42,472 nucleotides of DNA from positions 1 through 42,472 of the forward strand of contig JANRJP010000094.1 of NCBI GenBank assembly GCA_033763905.1, read 5' to 3'. The position numbers and the translations under genes were made by a program. This document shows positions 1-8,778 of the stretch, one piece after another (within the stretch, counting starts at the first letter, position 1; each line of letters begins with the position of its first letter). The notes beneath the pieces are model-generated. The model was not told where the DNA came from. It saw only the letters and a list, made by a program, of their open reading frames with translations, and did not search any database. This stretch comes from Gemmatimonadaceae bacterium. Lineage in GTDB: Bacteria; Gemmatimonadota; Gemmatimonadetes; Gemmatimonadales; Gemmatimonadaceae.

Positions 1-395
1 CGCGTCGAGAACCAGAAGAACGCGAGCGTCGAGGCAAGCCCCAGTGCCTGGCGGGTGCGCATCACGTCGATGATCAGCGCCTCGACGACTTCGCGCCCGC
101 CGCGCGACGACGACGGCAGCAACCGCGCGACGAATCGCGCCACGTCCTGCGCCGCAATGTCGGGCGCCAGCGGCAGCAGGTAACCCACCGCCGCGCCGAT
201 CATCAGGGCGAAGGGCAAGGCCGCCAACAGCACATCGAAGGCAACGCCACTCGCTAGGAGGAGCGCCTCGTCCCGACGCGCGTGCTCCCAGACGTGCCGC
301 AGCGTGCCGACCACCCGCTGCCCCAACGACGGAGGTGCAGCGGCTACCCCGCCTCCGACCCGAACCGGCGCCGCAGGGGGCAGCGGAAAACTCAC
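1..395 (-). CDS. YihY/virulence factor BrkB family membrane protein (3' end outside window)
   Basis: Manual translation from GTG at 395: ...LRHVWEHARRDEALLLASGVAFDVLLAALPFALMIGAAVGYLL...LGLASTLAFFWFSTR, which fits the YihY N-terminal pattern. Not in the ORF track because it is truncated. Confidence 0.8.
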   Translation of the reverse strand, partial: MSFPLPPAAPVRVGGGVAAAPPSLGQRVVGTLRHVWEHARRDEALLLASGVAFDVLLAALPFALMIGAAVGYLLPLAPDIAAQDVARFVARLLPSSSRGGREVVEALIIDVMRTRQALGLASTLAFFWFST

Positions 396-402
396 CGCAG
401 GG

Positions 403-816
403 TCAACCGTCGGTGGCGTCGTCCGCAGCGGTCGCGCCGCCGCGCGCATCGGCCAGCCGACGCTCGAGCTCTTCCCGCGCGGCGCGGGCCGCGCCGCGCC
501 CGGCGTCCACCGCGCCACGCGCCTGCCGCGCGCGGCTTTCGACCGCGTCGCGCGCCGCGTCGAGCCGCGCTTCGACCTTTTCCCGCGCGGCGCGCCAGGT
601 GTCTTCCGCCTTGTCGGCGAGATCCTCGGCGGCGTGGCTCGCCGCCCGCTTCACCTTGCGCGCGCCGCGCGCCAGCTGGGCACGCGTCTCGGCGCCGGAC
701 TGCGGCGCAAACAGCAGCGCGAGCCCGGCCCCGATCGCCAAGCCTGCCAGAAACGGTCCGACCGACGACCCGCGCCGCTCGACCACTACCACGTCTTCTT
801 CGTGCCGATCTGCCAT
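403..816 (-). CDS. YtxH domain-containing protein
   Basis: MADRHEEDVVVVERRGSSVGPFLAGLAIGAGLALLFAPQSGAETR carries the YtxH signature (G..LLFAP.SG.ETR), followed by an Ala-rich helical tail. ATG at 816. Confidence 0.85.
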   Translation of the reverse strand: MADRHEEDVVVVERRGSSVGPFLAGLAIGAGLALLFAPQSGAETRAQLARGARKVKRAASHAAEDLADKAEDTWRAAREKVEARLDAARDAVESRARQARGAVDAGRGAARAAREELERRLADARGGATAADDATDG

Positions 817-847
817 CCGTTGCTCCGCCGAGTGATGCCGAAAGCTA

Positions 848-881
848 CGACGGGGGACGGCCTTGGCGCCGCCCCCCGTCG
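848..881 (-). terminator. Hairpin / probable intrinsic terminator after fba
   Basis: Minus strand CGACGGGGGGCGGC-GCCAAG-GCCGTCCCCCGTCG then TAGCTTT. 14-bp stem with one G-U, about 25 nt past the fba stop. Confidence 0.6.
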
Positions 882-905
882 GGGTGTTGCTGGTGCTCCA
901 GCAGG

Positions 906-2321
906 TCAGTCGCTCAGATCCGCGTCGTCCGGCGCGGCAGGCACGAGCGCCTCGGCCCCGGTCGGCGCCTCGCGGCGCTGCACCGGCATCGTCACGAACT
1001 GCTGCACCACCGCCTTGGTCCCGGCAATGCCGAGCTGGCGGAAGAGGAACTCGAACTTCGCGTCGTAGGCGGCGGCGATCTTGGCCATCACGTCCGCGGG
1101 CATATCCCAGAGCTTGGCCTTGAAGGGCCCCAGCGCCTTCTTGCGCGACTTGTAGTAGAACTGCTCGTCGGTATCGGTCGCCTTGCGCTCGTCCTTCGCG
1201 TTGACGTCGAGCCACGCGTAGATCTCGGCGCGCAGCGCGGCCGGCACGTGATCGTACAGGATGTTCTGGAAGTTGGTCGCGAGATGGATCTCGGCCGTTT
1301 CCGTGCGCGGGAAGTTGTTGAACGCGGTATCGGGGAGCGTCGAGGCCCCGTGCTGCACGGCACCCGCCATCCCGTAGGTATCGCGCGCGATCTTCGACAG
1401 GTTCTCGAGCGTCGGCAGGTCGAGCGCGACGTCGGCAATCGACCCGTCGGCGAGCACCACGCCACCGTGCGACGTGCCGGACTGCACCGAAATCTTCGAC
1501 AGTCCCGCCGTGCCCGGCGCTTCCGTGGCGAGCACCGCGTTGTAGCCCTGCATGAACGCGTGCAATTCCTCCGGCGTCGAGTTTTCGGTGCCGACTTCGC
1601 CAATCTCGCCGCCGAGTGAGATCGTGACGCCAGCGGGCTCCAGGCTCCGCACGTAGCGGGAGAGTTCCACCGCCCGGGTGAAGTTGACCCGCTGCTGCTC
1701 TTCGAGCGTCGACTTGGACAGATCGACGAGCGTCGAGGTATCGATGTCGATGTTGTAGAAGCCGGCGGCGATCGCTTCACGCGCCAGCGCCTTCACCGCA
1801 TCGACTTCCGGTGCCGGGTCGACCGCGTACTTCTTCGCGTTGAGCTGGAAGTGGTCCCCCTGGATGAACACCAGGCCGCGGTACCCTTCCCGCAGCGCCG
1901 CGGCGAGCATTACCGACACGTACTCGGCCGGCCGCTGCTCGGTGTAGGCGATCTCGGAGCGCGCGATCTCCAGCAGGAACGCCCCGGCGTCCAGCTTGAT
2001 CGCGGTACGGAAGATCGACCGCGCCGTGTCGTACGAGATGCTCCGGATGTTGATCGCCGGCACGGTGAAGCCGCCGGTCTTCCCCTGTCCGCGCGCGATG
2101 TAGAGCTCGTGAATCGACGCCGGGCGCGTCCCAACCGCCTGGCCCAGCTCCCAGATCATCCAGCGCGCCTGTTCCTTCGTGGCCCCATCACCGAAGACGG
2201 CCGCCCGGACCAGCGTGTCCATCGCAGGCGAGGCGAGCACCTCGGGCTTGAGTACGTGCAGGTGGCCATCCTTGACGACGACGGCGCCACCGAAGAGTTG
2301 GTCGAGCTGGAACTGCGACAT
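906..2321 (-). CDS. fba: Class II fructose-bisphosphate aldolase family protein
   Basis: Motifs TVPAINIR, IQGDHFQ, GEIGEVG, GTSHGG, VQHGAS. Probable ATG at 2321 (MSQFQLDQLF). Glycolytic context. Confidence 0.85.
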   Translation of the reverse strand: MSQFQLDQLFGGAVVVKDGHLHVLKPEVLASPAMDTLVRAAVFGDGATKEQARWMIWELGQAVGTRPASIHELYIARGQGKTGGFTVPAINIRSISYDTARSIFRTAIKLDAGAFLLEIARSEIAYTEQRPAEYVSVMLAAALREGYRGLVFIQGDHFQLNAKKYAVDPAPEVDAVKALAREAIAAGFYNIDIDTSTLVDLSKSTLEEQQRVNFTRAVELSRYVRSLEPAGVTISLGGEIGEVGTENSTPEELHAFMQGYNAVLATEAPGTAGLSKISVQSGTSHGGVVLADGSIADVALDLPTLENLSKIARDTYGMAGAVQHGASTLPDTAFNNFPRTETAEIHLATNFQNILYDHVPAALRAEIYAWLDVNAKDERKATDTDEQFYYKSRKKALGPFKAKLWDMPADVMAKIAAAYDAKFEFLFRQLGIAGTKAVVQQFVTMPVQRREAPTGAEALVPAAPDDADLSD

Positions 2322-2436
2322 AGGAGGAGGGGCCCAGACGGTGGAGCGTGCGCCGCCGGTGGCGTGACACGCGGGATGCAGTGATGAGGGTCCAGCGGGC
2401 GAAATCTGCCCGCCGGACACTTTGTGGGCAACGCGG

Positions 2437-3828
2437 TCAGATCACCAAGCGGCTGCTGGCGGGGCTGTCGGCCGCCTCGTAGGCGGCACGCTCGGCCTCC
2501 GTCCCCGCACGGCCGAGCAAGGCGCCGGTGTAGCGCTTGCCCAACTCGACCCCCGGCTGGTCGAGCGGATTGATGCCGTAGAGCCCGGCGGCGTAGATCG
2601 TGGCGCACTGCAGCCACATCAGCAGCCCGCCGACGTGCCAGGGGTCCAGGCGCTCGAGCTGCATCGTCGCCGACGGGCGCCCCATCGTCGCCAGGGCCGC
2701 GGCGGTGGCGCGCTGCTCGGCATCCACCAGCGTCCACAGGCCGTGACCGGCGAGGTACGAGATCTCGCGCGTCTTCGGATGCACCGACGGAATGACCTGA
2801 TCGCCCGGCGGCTCGGCCAGCGTGATGAAGGTGACAACCTTGTCGGCCGGTCCCTCCATAAACAGCTGCACCTGCGCGTGCTGGTCTGCCGGCCCCACCG
2901 CGGCCAGCGGCGTCGGCCCAACGTGCGTGCCGTCGGGCGCGATCTTGCCCAGGCTCTCGGCCCACAGCTGCACGAACCACGGCGCGATGTCTCGCAGCGC
3001 GTCGACGTACGGCATCAGCACGTGAATCGGCTTGCCCTGGCGAGTGTGCAGCAGCCACTGCGTGATCGCCCAGGCCAACGCCGGGTTCTCGCGCCACGCG
3101 TCCTGGGTGCAGCGTGCCGCCATCGCGGCCGCGCCGGACAACAGCGCACCGATGTCCGCTCCCATCAGCGCCGCCGGCAGCAGCCCCACGGCCGACAGCA
3201 CCGAGTAGCGCCCGCCGACGTTCGACGGAACCTCGAAGGTGCGGATCCCTTCGGCACGAGCGATCGCGCGGAGCGGGCCCACGTCCGGGTCGGTGACAAA
3301 CACCAGATGCCGCGTCAGGGTCTCGCCGTGCACCTTCGACAGCCGGTCACGGACGACGGAGTACTGCGCCAGCGTCTCGGCGGTGCCACCCGACTTCGAC
3401 ACCACGCACACCATCGTGCGGCGCAGATCGACCAGATCGAGCGCGCCGAGCACGACGGTCGGATCCGGCGTATCGAGGACGTGCACGCGCGGCCAGCCGC
3501 CGCGCCGATCAGCGGGCATCAGGTTGACGCCCCACGGGCGCAGCGAGGAGCGCAGGGCGATGGCCCCGAGCGACGAACCGCCGATGCCGAGCAGCAGGAC
3601 ATCGTCGTACTGCCCGCGCACTTCGGCGGCAAAGGCCTGCAGTGCGGCCACGCCGTCGTCATCCGCGGGCAGATCGAGGAATCCGAGCACGCCTGCCTCG
3701 CGGCGAGCCGTGAACGCGGCGCGGGCGGTGGCGGCGTGCGTGGTCACATCGGCCCAGTCGGCGGCCGAGATGCCGCCGGTGACCCCACCGGCAGCCAGAG
3801 TGCGCGTCAAATCGAGCGTCAGTGTCAT
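2437..3828 (-). CDS. pgi: Glucose-6-phosphate isomerase
   Basis: GIGGSSLG, SKSGGTAET, VGGRYSVLS, QLWAESLGK, DQH, NPLDQPGVELGK. Confidence 0.95.
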   Translation of the reverse strand: MTLTLDLTRTLAAGGVTGGISAADWADVTTHAATARAAFTARREAGVLGFLDLPADDDGVAALQAFAAEVRGQYDDVLLLGIGGSSLGAIALRSSLRPWGVNLMPADRRGGWPRVHVLDTPDPTVVLGALDLVDLRRTMVCVVSKSGGTAETLAQYSVVRDRLSKVHGETLTRHLVFVTDPDVGPLRAIARAEGIRTFEVPSNVGGRYSVLSAVGLLPAALMGADIGALLSGAAAMAARCTQDAWRENPALAWAITQWLLHTRQGKPIHVLMPYVDALRDIAPWFVQLWAESLGKIAPDGTHVGPTPLAAVGPADQHAQVQLFMEGPADKVVTFITLAEPPGDQVIPSVHPKTREISYLAGHGLWTLVDAEQRATAAALATMGRPSATMQLERLDPWHVGGLLMWLQCATIYAAGLYGINPLDQPGVELGKRYTGALLGRAGTEAERAAYEAADSPASSRLVI

Positions 3829-3834
3829 TGAAGG

Positions 3835-4614
3835 TCAGTCCACGCGCACGACGAGTCCGTCGAATGCCGGCGCAATCGTGCGCGGCAGTTCGGCCTCCAG
3901 ATTCGCGTGCGCATTGTCGTGCGTGAGATGGGTCAGGTAGGTGCGCTCCGCGCCGATCCGTTCGGCGACGCGCAGCGCGTCGGGAATGCTCAGGTGCGTG
4001 GGATGCTCCGTTCGGAACAGCGCATTCAGCACCAGCACCTTGACCCCGCGGAGCGCGTCCGCGGCGTCATCGGGAATGCGCTTGGCATCGGTGACGTAGC
4101 CAATGCTGCCGACCCGGTAGGCAAAGCAGTCCATCGGGCCGTGCGGCACGGGAATCGGCACGACGTCGGCATCGCCGATCGTCACCGGGACCCACGGCGC
4201 CAAGGGCCGGGCATTGCCTTCCGGCTTCGATGTGCCCGGCAGCGGCCGCATCCGTTCGTCGAAGATGTACGGGAATCGCTCCGCGAGCATCGTGAGCGTC
4301 TGCGCCGGCCCGTACATCGGCAACGCCCCGTCGCGTCGCACCGTGATGGCGCGCAGGTCGTCGATGCCGTGCACGTGGTCGGCGTGGCCGTGCGTGAACA
4401 GCACCGCATCGACTCGATCGATGTCGGCGCTGACGAGCTGCAAGCGCAGCTCGGGCGGGGTATCAATGAGCAGTCGGGTCCCGCCATCGGTCTCGATGAC
4501 GGCCCCGACGCGGGTGCGCCGGTCGCGCGGATCTGGCGACCGGCACACGGCGCAATGACAGCCGATCTGCGGCACCCCGAACGACGTGCCGGTGCCGAGA
4601 AAGGTCAGCTTCAC
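3835..4614 (-). CDS. MBL-fold metallo-hydrolase, PhnP-like
   Basis: LGTGTSFGVP.IGCHCAVC...DRRTR, THGHADHVHG (HxHxDH), YVTD, THL, THLTH. GTG overlaps the pyk stop. Confidence 0.9.
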   Translation of the reverse strand: MKLTFLGTGTSFGVPQIGCHCAVCRSPDPRDRRTRVGAVIETDGGTRLLIDTPPELRLQLVSADIDRVDAVLFTHGHADHVHGIDDLRAITVRRDGALPMYGPAQTLTMLAERFPYIFDERMRPLPGTSKPEGNARPLAPWVPVTIGDADVVPIPVPHGPMDCFAYRVGSIGYVTDAKRIPDDAADALRGVKVLVLNALFRTEHPTHLSIPDALRVAERIGAERTYLTHLTHDNAHANLEAELPRTIAPAFDGLVVRVD

Positions 4615-6050
4615 ACCGTTTCGACCTTCATCACGTTGGTCGTCCCCGGCACATCGAAGGGCACGCCCGCGGTCACGATGATGCGATCGCCGGCCTCAAC
4701 GAACCCAAGCTCCAGCGCCACACGCCGCGCCTGCGCGAGCATCTCCTCGTACGTGTCGCAGTGCGGCACCAACTGCGGGAACACGCCCCAGACGAGGCCC
4801 AGCTGCCGCTGCGTGCGCGGCTGGTCGGTGAGCACGAGCACCGGCACGGGCGGCCGCTGCGCCGCGACGACGCGCGCCGAGAAGCCACCCTTCGTGAACA
4901 CGACGATGAGCTTGGAGTGCAGCATCCGCACTGCGGTCAGCGTCGCCGCCGCGATGGTTTCTTCAGTGGACGCCGGCTCGTCGTTGCTGCTGTAGCGTCG
5001 GCGATCCCGCGACTCGGTCTCGGCCGCGTGCTGTTCGACCTCGCGCACGATGCGACGCATCGCTTCTTCGGCGAGGGTCGGATGCGCGCCTGCCGCCGTC
5101 TCGGCCGACAGCATCACTGCATCGGTGCCGTCCAACACCGCGTTCGCCACGTCGCTGACTTCGGCGCGCGTCGGCCGAGGATTCTCGATCATGCTCTCGA
5201 GCATCTGCGTCGCGGTGATCACCGGGCGCGAGAGCCGATTCGCCGCCGAGATGATCCGCTTCTGGGCCAGCGGGACTTCCTCGAATGGGAGCTCCACGCC
5301 GAGATCGCCGCGCGCGACCATCACCGCGTCGGTTTCGCGCAGAATGCCGTCCATATTCTGCAGCGCGAGCCCGAGCTCGAGCTTCGCGACCACCAGCAAG
5401 TGCTTCGGGATCAGCGCGCGCAGCTGGCGGATATCCTCCGGGCGGCGAACGAACGACAGCGCCAGGTAGTCGAAGTCGTGCTCGACGGCAAAGGCGACAT
5501 CCTCGCGGTCCTTGTCCGAGAGCGACGACGCCGACACGTCGACGTCGGGTAGGTTGATGCCCTTGTTGCTCGTCAGCGTGCCCCCGTGAATCACTTCGCA
5601 ACGGATGCGCCCGCCCAGCACTTCGAGGACCCGCAGCTCGAACAGGCCGTCGTTGATCAGAATGCGCGCGTCGCGGGAGACGTCGTCGGCAAGCGCCTCG
5701 TACGTCACGGGGATGTCGCCCGCGCCCGCCGCCGACTCCGCCACCAGCGTCACCTGATGCCCAGGCACCAGTTCGACCGGCGCCGCGAGCTTGCCGATGC
5801 GAATGCGCGGCCCCTGCAGGTCACCCAGGATGGCGACGCCGCGCCCGATCTCCGCGGCCGCGCGGCGGATGTTGGCCACCGTCTCGGCGTGCTGCGCGTG
5901 CGTGCCGTGCGAAAAATTGATGCGGGCGACGTTGAGCCCGCCCTTGATCAGGGACTCGAGCACGCCGGGACGCGCCGTGGACGGTCCGAGCGTGCAGACG
6001 ATCTTCGTGCGACGCAGGTGCTGCATCGCATACAGGGCCCGAGGAGTCAT
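4611..6050 (-). CDS. pyk: Pyruvate kinase
   Basis: RRTKIVCTLGP, ARINFSHG, DLQGPRIR, MVARGDLGVE, TATQMLESM, PTRAEVSDVANA. Confidence 0.97.
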   Translation of the reverse strand: MTPRALYAMQHLRRTKIVCTLGPSTARPGVLESLIKGGLNVARINFSHGTHAQHAETVANIRRAAAEIGRGVAILGDLQGPRIRIGKLAAPVELVPGHQVTLVAESAAGAGDIPVTYEALADDVSRDARILINDGLFELRVLEVLGGRIRCEVIHGGTLTSNKGINLPDVDVSASSLSDKDREDVAFAVEHDFDYLALSFVRRPEDIRQLRALIPKHLLVVAKLELGLALQNMDGILRETDAVMVARGDLGVELPFEEVPLAQKRIISAANRLSRPVITATQMLESMIENPRPTRAEVSDVANAVLDGTDAVMLSAETAAGAHPTLAEEAMRRIVREVEQHAAETESRDRRRYSSNDEPASTEETIAAATLTAVRMLHSKLIVVFTKGGFSARVVAAQRPPVPVLVLTDQPRTQRQLGLVWGVFPQLVPHCDTYEEMLAQARRVALELGFVEAGDRIIVTAGVPFDVPGTTNVMKVETV

Positions 6051-7189
6051 CGCCCCCCCACCGCGTGACGACCCGCCGCGGCGAGCTTTGCCTCGAGGCC
6101 AGCCCGCAGCGAGTCGAACGAGCCGCGGAACGCGGCGATCCCCTCGGCGAGCAATTGGGCGGTGACCTGCTCGAGCGCGATCCCTTCACGGCCCAACGCG
6201 GCCACGACGGCCGCCGCATCGCCCGCGTCGGCGCTCAGCGTGACCTTGGCCACCCCGTGATCCCGATAGGCGTCGAGCGTCGCGGGCGGCATCGTGTTCA
6301 CCGTGTCCGGCCCGGTCAGCTGTTCGACGTACATCACGTCGCGATACTCGGGATTCTTCACCGACGTGCTGGCCCACAGCGGCCGCTGGACCCGCGCCCC
6401 GCGCGACGCCAGCGCCGCCCACCGGGCGCCCGTGAAGCGCTCCGAGAACAGCGCGTAGGCCAGTCGCGCATTGGCAATGGCCGCCCGCCCCTTGAACTGC
6501 TCGAGACGGAACTTCTCGTCACCGGTGGCGGCGGCGATCTTGGCGTCGATCCGCTTGTCGATCTCGGTGTCCACGCGGCTGACGAAGAAGCTCGCGACCG
6601 ACGCGATGCGATCGATCGGCTTGCCCGCCGCCACACGATCTTCGAGACCGCTCAGGTAGGCCTCGATCACCGCCGCGTGCGCCTCGACGCTGAACAGCAG
6701 CGTGACGTTGATGTTGAGCCCCTCCGCAATCAGCCGGCGGATCGCGACGCACCCCTCAGGCGTGCCGGGGACCTTGATCATCGCGTTCGGCCGGTCGAGC
6801 ACCGTCCACAAGCGCATCGCCTCGGCGACCGTCCCGTCGGCGTCGTGGGCCAGATCGGGACCCACTTCCAGCGACACGTAGCCGTTCACGGCCTCCGACG
6901 CGTCATACACGGGGCGAAAGGCATCACAGGCGCGGCGAACGTCGTCGGTGGCGAGCGTCTCGAAGACGTCCCGTGCCGATAGCTCAGGGGACAGCGAGGC
7001 AATCTGGGCGTCGTACGCCGTGCCGGAGAGCGCTTTCTCGAAGATCGTCGGATTCGACGTGATCCCGGTGAGCGAGTCATCCCGGATGCGGCGCTCGAGG
7101 TCACCGTTGCCGAGCATCGTGCGATCGATGTAATCGAGCCAGATCGACGTGCCGGCATCGTGGAGGGCCTTCAGTCGGGGGGCGGTCAT
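6047..7189 (-). CDS. tal: Transaldolase
   Basis: SIWLD, GITSNPTIF, VSLEV, MIKVP, NVTLLFS, SVASFFVSRVD, QRPLWASTS, TVNTMP. Probable ATG at 7189. Confidence 0.95.
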   Translation of the reverse strand: MTAPRLKALHDAGTSIWLDYIDRTMLGNGDLERRIRDDSLTGITSNPTIFEKALSGTAYDAQIASLSPELSARDVFETLATDDVRRACDAFRPVYDASEAVNGYVSLEVGPDLAHDADGTVAEAMRLWTVLDRPNAMIKVPGTPEGCVAIRRLIAEGLNINVTLLFSVEAHAAVIEAYLSGLEDRVAAGKPIDRIASVASFFVSRVDTEIDKRIDAKIAAATGDEKFRLEQFKGRAAIANARLAYALFSERFTGARWAALASRGARVQRPLWASTSVKNPEYRDVMYVEQLTGPDTVNTMPPATLDAYRDHGVAKVTLSADAGDAAAVVAALGREGIALEQVTAQLLAEGIAAFRGSFDSLRAGLEAKLAAAGRHAVGGR

Positions 7190-7289
7190 GCCGATCCTCA
7201 TCAAGCGAGAGTGGGCGCATCGACCGGCTCGGCCGAGGCTCCCCAAAACTAGCGCCCTGCACAGTGGGGTGCCCAGACGAATCGAGGCC

Positions 7290-8774
7290 GTGTCCGAACC
7301 GAGCACTCCCCCACGGAGTCGTTGGCAGACCTACCCGGTCCAGCGGTACGCGCTGGCCCTGGGTGTGGCGCAAACGGCGGTCTGGCTCGGCGTCTGGGTA
7401 TTCTGTCGGGAGGCCCCCCTGCTGTGGGGCGCCGCGGTGTCGCTCCTGCTCACCGTCGTGGCCGCCGTCGCTGCCGGCCATCGCGCGCGACGGACGATGG
7501 GGTCCCTGCACCGCCGCATCGACCTGCTCGTCGACGGCAAGTACGGCGAACTGCCGCCCGTGGCGGGCGACTTCGACGAGCTCCGCGAGGTCGAGGCGCA
7601 GTTGCATCGCCTCGCCGAGGCCATTGGTGAGCGCGAGGGGGCGTATCAGGCCAGCCTGATGCAGGCCCGTGAGCTGGAGACGCTCAAGACTGACTTCGTC
7701 TCGACGGTCAGCCACGAGTTGCGCACGCCGCTGACGTCGATGCGCGGCGCGCTGTCGCTGGTGCTCGCCGGCACGGTCGGCGAATTGCCGTCGCGCGCCC
7801 GGGATCTGCTGCGCATCGCGCAGCAGAACACCGAGCGGCTGATTCGCCTTATCAACGACATTCTCGATATCGAGAAGATCGAGGGCGGCCACGTCCAATT
7901 GCGCCGCGAATGGTGCGAGCTCGGCGCTCTGGCGCAGGCCACGATCCGCTCGGTCGAAACCTTGGCCGCCGACGCCGGCGTGCAGCTGAGCCTCGAGGCG
8001 ACGCGTGACGTGTTCGTGACCGGCGACAGCGATCGACTCGTGCAGGTCCTCACGAACCTCGTCTCGAACGCCATCAAGCACTCCCCGCGCGGCTCCACGG
8101 TGCGAGTCCGCCTCGAAGCCGACGGCGCCACCGCGCGGATCCACGTGATCGATCAGGGCCCGGGCATTCCGCCCGAGTTCCGCGCGCGCGTGTTCGGCCG
8201 CTTCCAGCAGGCCGAGTCGCACGCCGCCCGCAAGAGCACCGGGACCGGGCTCGGGCTGGCGATTGCCCGGTCGCTGGTGGAGCTGCACGAGGGCACGATC
8301 AGCTTCGACTGCCCGGAAACGGGCGGCAGCATCTTCACGATTGCCCTGCCGTGGACGCCGCCGACGGTGACCGCGGCGACGCCGGTCGGGTACCGCATCC
8401 TCCTGCTCGACGACGATCTCGGAATGCTCTCGGTGATGGCCACCCTCTGCGCACCACTGGGCGAAACGTTCGGCGTCCGCGCGCCGCGCGAAGCGCTCGA
8501 GGCCGCCAAGACCACCCGCTACGACGCGCTGATCATCGATCCGTCGGTGTCGGATGGCGAAGGGCTGGCGATGGTGCGGGCGCTCCGACGGCTTCCCGGC
8601 TACGCGGATCTTCCCGTGCTGCTGTTCTCGACGCGCGAGTACGGCACCGAGGAGCTCAGCGGCGTCGTGCTCCAGCCGCAGCACGCGTTCGTGAAGTCGC
8701 GCGACGGGGAGGCTGAAGTCGTTCGCCGCCTCAAGGCGATGCTCGCGGTACGGCGTCCGCGCCTCGCGGCCTGA
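7290..8774 (+). CDS. Membrane-bound hybrid sensor histidine kinase (2 TM, HAMP-like linker, HisKA, HATPase, C-terminal receiver)
   Basis: VSHELRTPL (H box), NLVSNAIK (N), DQGPGI (G1), FGRF, GTGLGLAI (G2), then receiver RILLLDDD...LIIDP. The GTG start at 7290 is uncertain. Confidence 0.9.
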   Translation: MSEPSTPPRSRWQTYPVQRYALALGVAQTAVWLGVWVFCREAPLLWGAAVSLLLTVVAAVAAGHRARRTMGSLHRRIDLLVDGKYGELPPVAGDFDELREVEAQLHRLAEAIGEREGAYQASLMQARELETLKTDFVSTVSHELRTPLTSMRGALSLVLAGTVGELPSRARDLLRIAQQNTERLIRLINDILDIEKIEGGHVQLRREWCELGALAQATIRSVETLAADAGVQLSLEATRDVFVTGDSDRLVQVLTNLVSNAIKHSPRGSTVRVRLEADGATARIHVIDQGPGIPPEFRARVFGRFQQAESHAARKSTGTGLGLAIARSLVELHEGTISFDCPETGGSIFTIALPWTPPTVTAATPVGYRILLLDDDLGMLSVMATLCAPLGETFGVRAPREALEAAKTTRYDALIIDPSVSDGEGLAMVRALRRLPGYADLPVLLFSTREYGTEELSGVVLQPQHAFVKSRDGEAEVVRRLKAMLAVRRPRLAA

Positions 8775-8778
8775 CCCG

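Noticed and set aside
2322..2330. AGGAGGAGG looking like a strong SD
   Set aside because: It lies on the plus strand with no credible downstream ORF. On the coding strand it reads CCTCCTCCT just before the fba ATG. Single instance, no interpretable function.
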